Positions 63,089 to 64,000 of a stretch of 64,000 nucleotides of DNA are shown piece by piece (position 1 is the first letter of the stretch; each line of letters begins with the position of its first letter). Both the position numbers and the translations under genes were made by a program. The stretch comes from Chiloscyllium plagiosum (taxonomy: Eukaryota). The stretch spans positions 163,439-227,438 of the forward strand of contig NC_057753.1 of NCBI RefSeq assembly GCF_004010195.1, written 5' to 3'. Under the pieces are notes generated by a model. That model saw only the letters and a list, made by a program, of their open reading frames with translations. It ran no database searches and was not told where the DNA came from.

Positions 63089-64000
63089 TGCTTGAATTAG
63101 CAGCTGTGTAAACCATAATTACAAAGAGCACCTGGTTACTTGTTTCTTTAGAAGTGCAGCCACCTTTCAATAATCATTGGTTTTAAAGACAGTTCACTTC
63201 TCATTTCAGTTCACTAGTTGTTTTTTGTTTGAGAGACATGGCTTGACTACACCAGAGAGACTATAGGCAGCTGGCCTCATTCCTCTGTCCTGCAATGACT
63301 CTAAGTAACTCAACAATACAGTCCGATGACACCGGATCTTGGCAAATTTTGCTTCCTTCTCGATTAGCACACAGTGCTGCACATTAGCAGTAGCTAGCAA
63401 TCATGGTTAACCAAGAATGTCGTTTTCAAAACATTCTCTATCGTGGGATGTAGATATCACTGGCAAATATTTACTGCCCACCTCTCACTGCCATTGAACT
63501 GAGTGCGTTGCTTGGGCCATTTCCAGGGAGAGTTAAGAATCAACTACATTGCTGTGGGTCAGGAGTTGTCCTTACATGGTCTGGTCTACATACAACAGGA
63601 TTTCCTATCCTAAGAGGTATCAGTGACTGTTTTAATGACAACAGATGATAGACTCATGGCCACCACCACGGAGATGAGCTGCCAGATTTATTAATGGAAA
63701 CTAAATTCCAGCACAGTTTGCGGTTCGATTTGAACCCACACCCCCATGGCATCAGAATGTGCTGCTGGTTTACTAGTCAAGTGACATTGGCACTACACCA
63801 TCTGCAGTGCACACTGAGGAACTATTGCCACCTCCAGTGGGGCTGCCCTGCTGCCGAGATAAAAGCCACACTAGGATGGGGATGGGGGAGGGAAGGATCT
63901 GGGACCTCGGCAAGAAGGTGCGCGTCAGCGAATACAGCTCCGTCAGGAAGCTGGGACGACTCAGCCCATTTTACCGCAGGTTAACCCAGGAGAGTGAGGC

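Overview
Eukaryotic (not prokaryotic) DNA, very repeat-rich and with several N gaps. The repeat content (HE1/V-SINEs, HER1-like CR1 LINEs, Deu-domain SINEs, Penelope, Rex1, RTE, Tx1) points to a cartilaginous fish (shark); this assignment is inference. One convincing protein-coding region: a GC-rich single coding exon for a 10-finger C2H2 zinc-finger protein (10954-11796, +), with a probable promoter and non-coding exon 1 at about 4440-4705. A structurally complete but defective class-I-like endogenous retrovirus lies antisense in the putative intron (4822-8503: two LTRs, an 18-nt tRNA-Ser PBS, a PPT, GGGG flanks and an env TM remnant). A second, inverted copy lies at about 25545-28835. The env segments of the two copies are nearly identical although their LTRs are diverged. 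Three families of Penelope-derived repeats carry minimal hammerhead-ribozyme motifs, several intact and several arranged as fold-back palindromes. Other notable structure: a 102-bp satellite that switches into a ~51-bp satellite with about 20 perfect CRE palindromes, three SINE-core-derived 52-bp arrays, and solo LTRs with 4-bp TSDs. Most repeat boundaries are approximate (read by eye).
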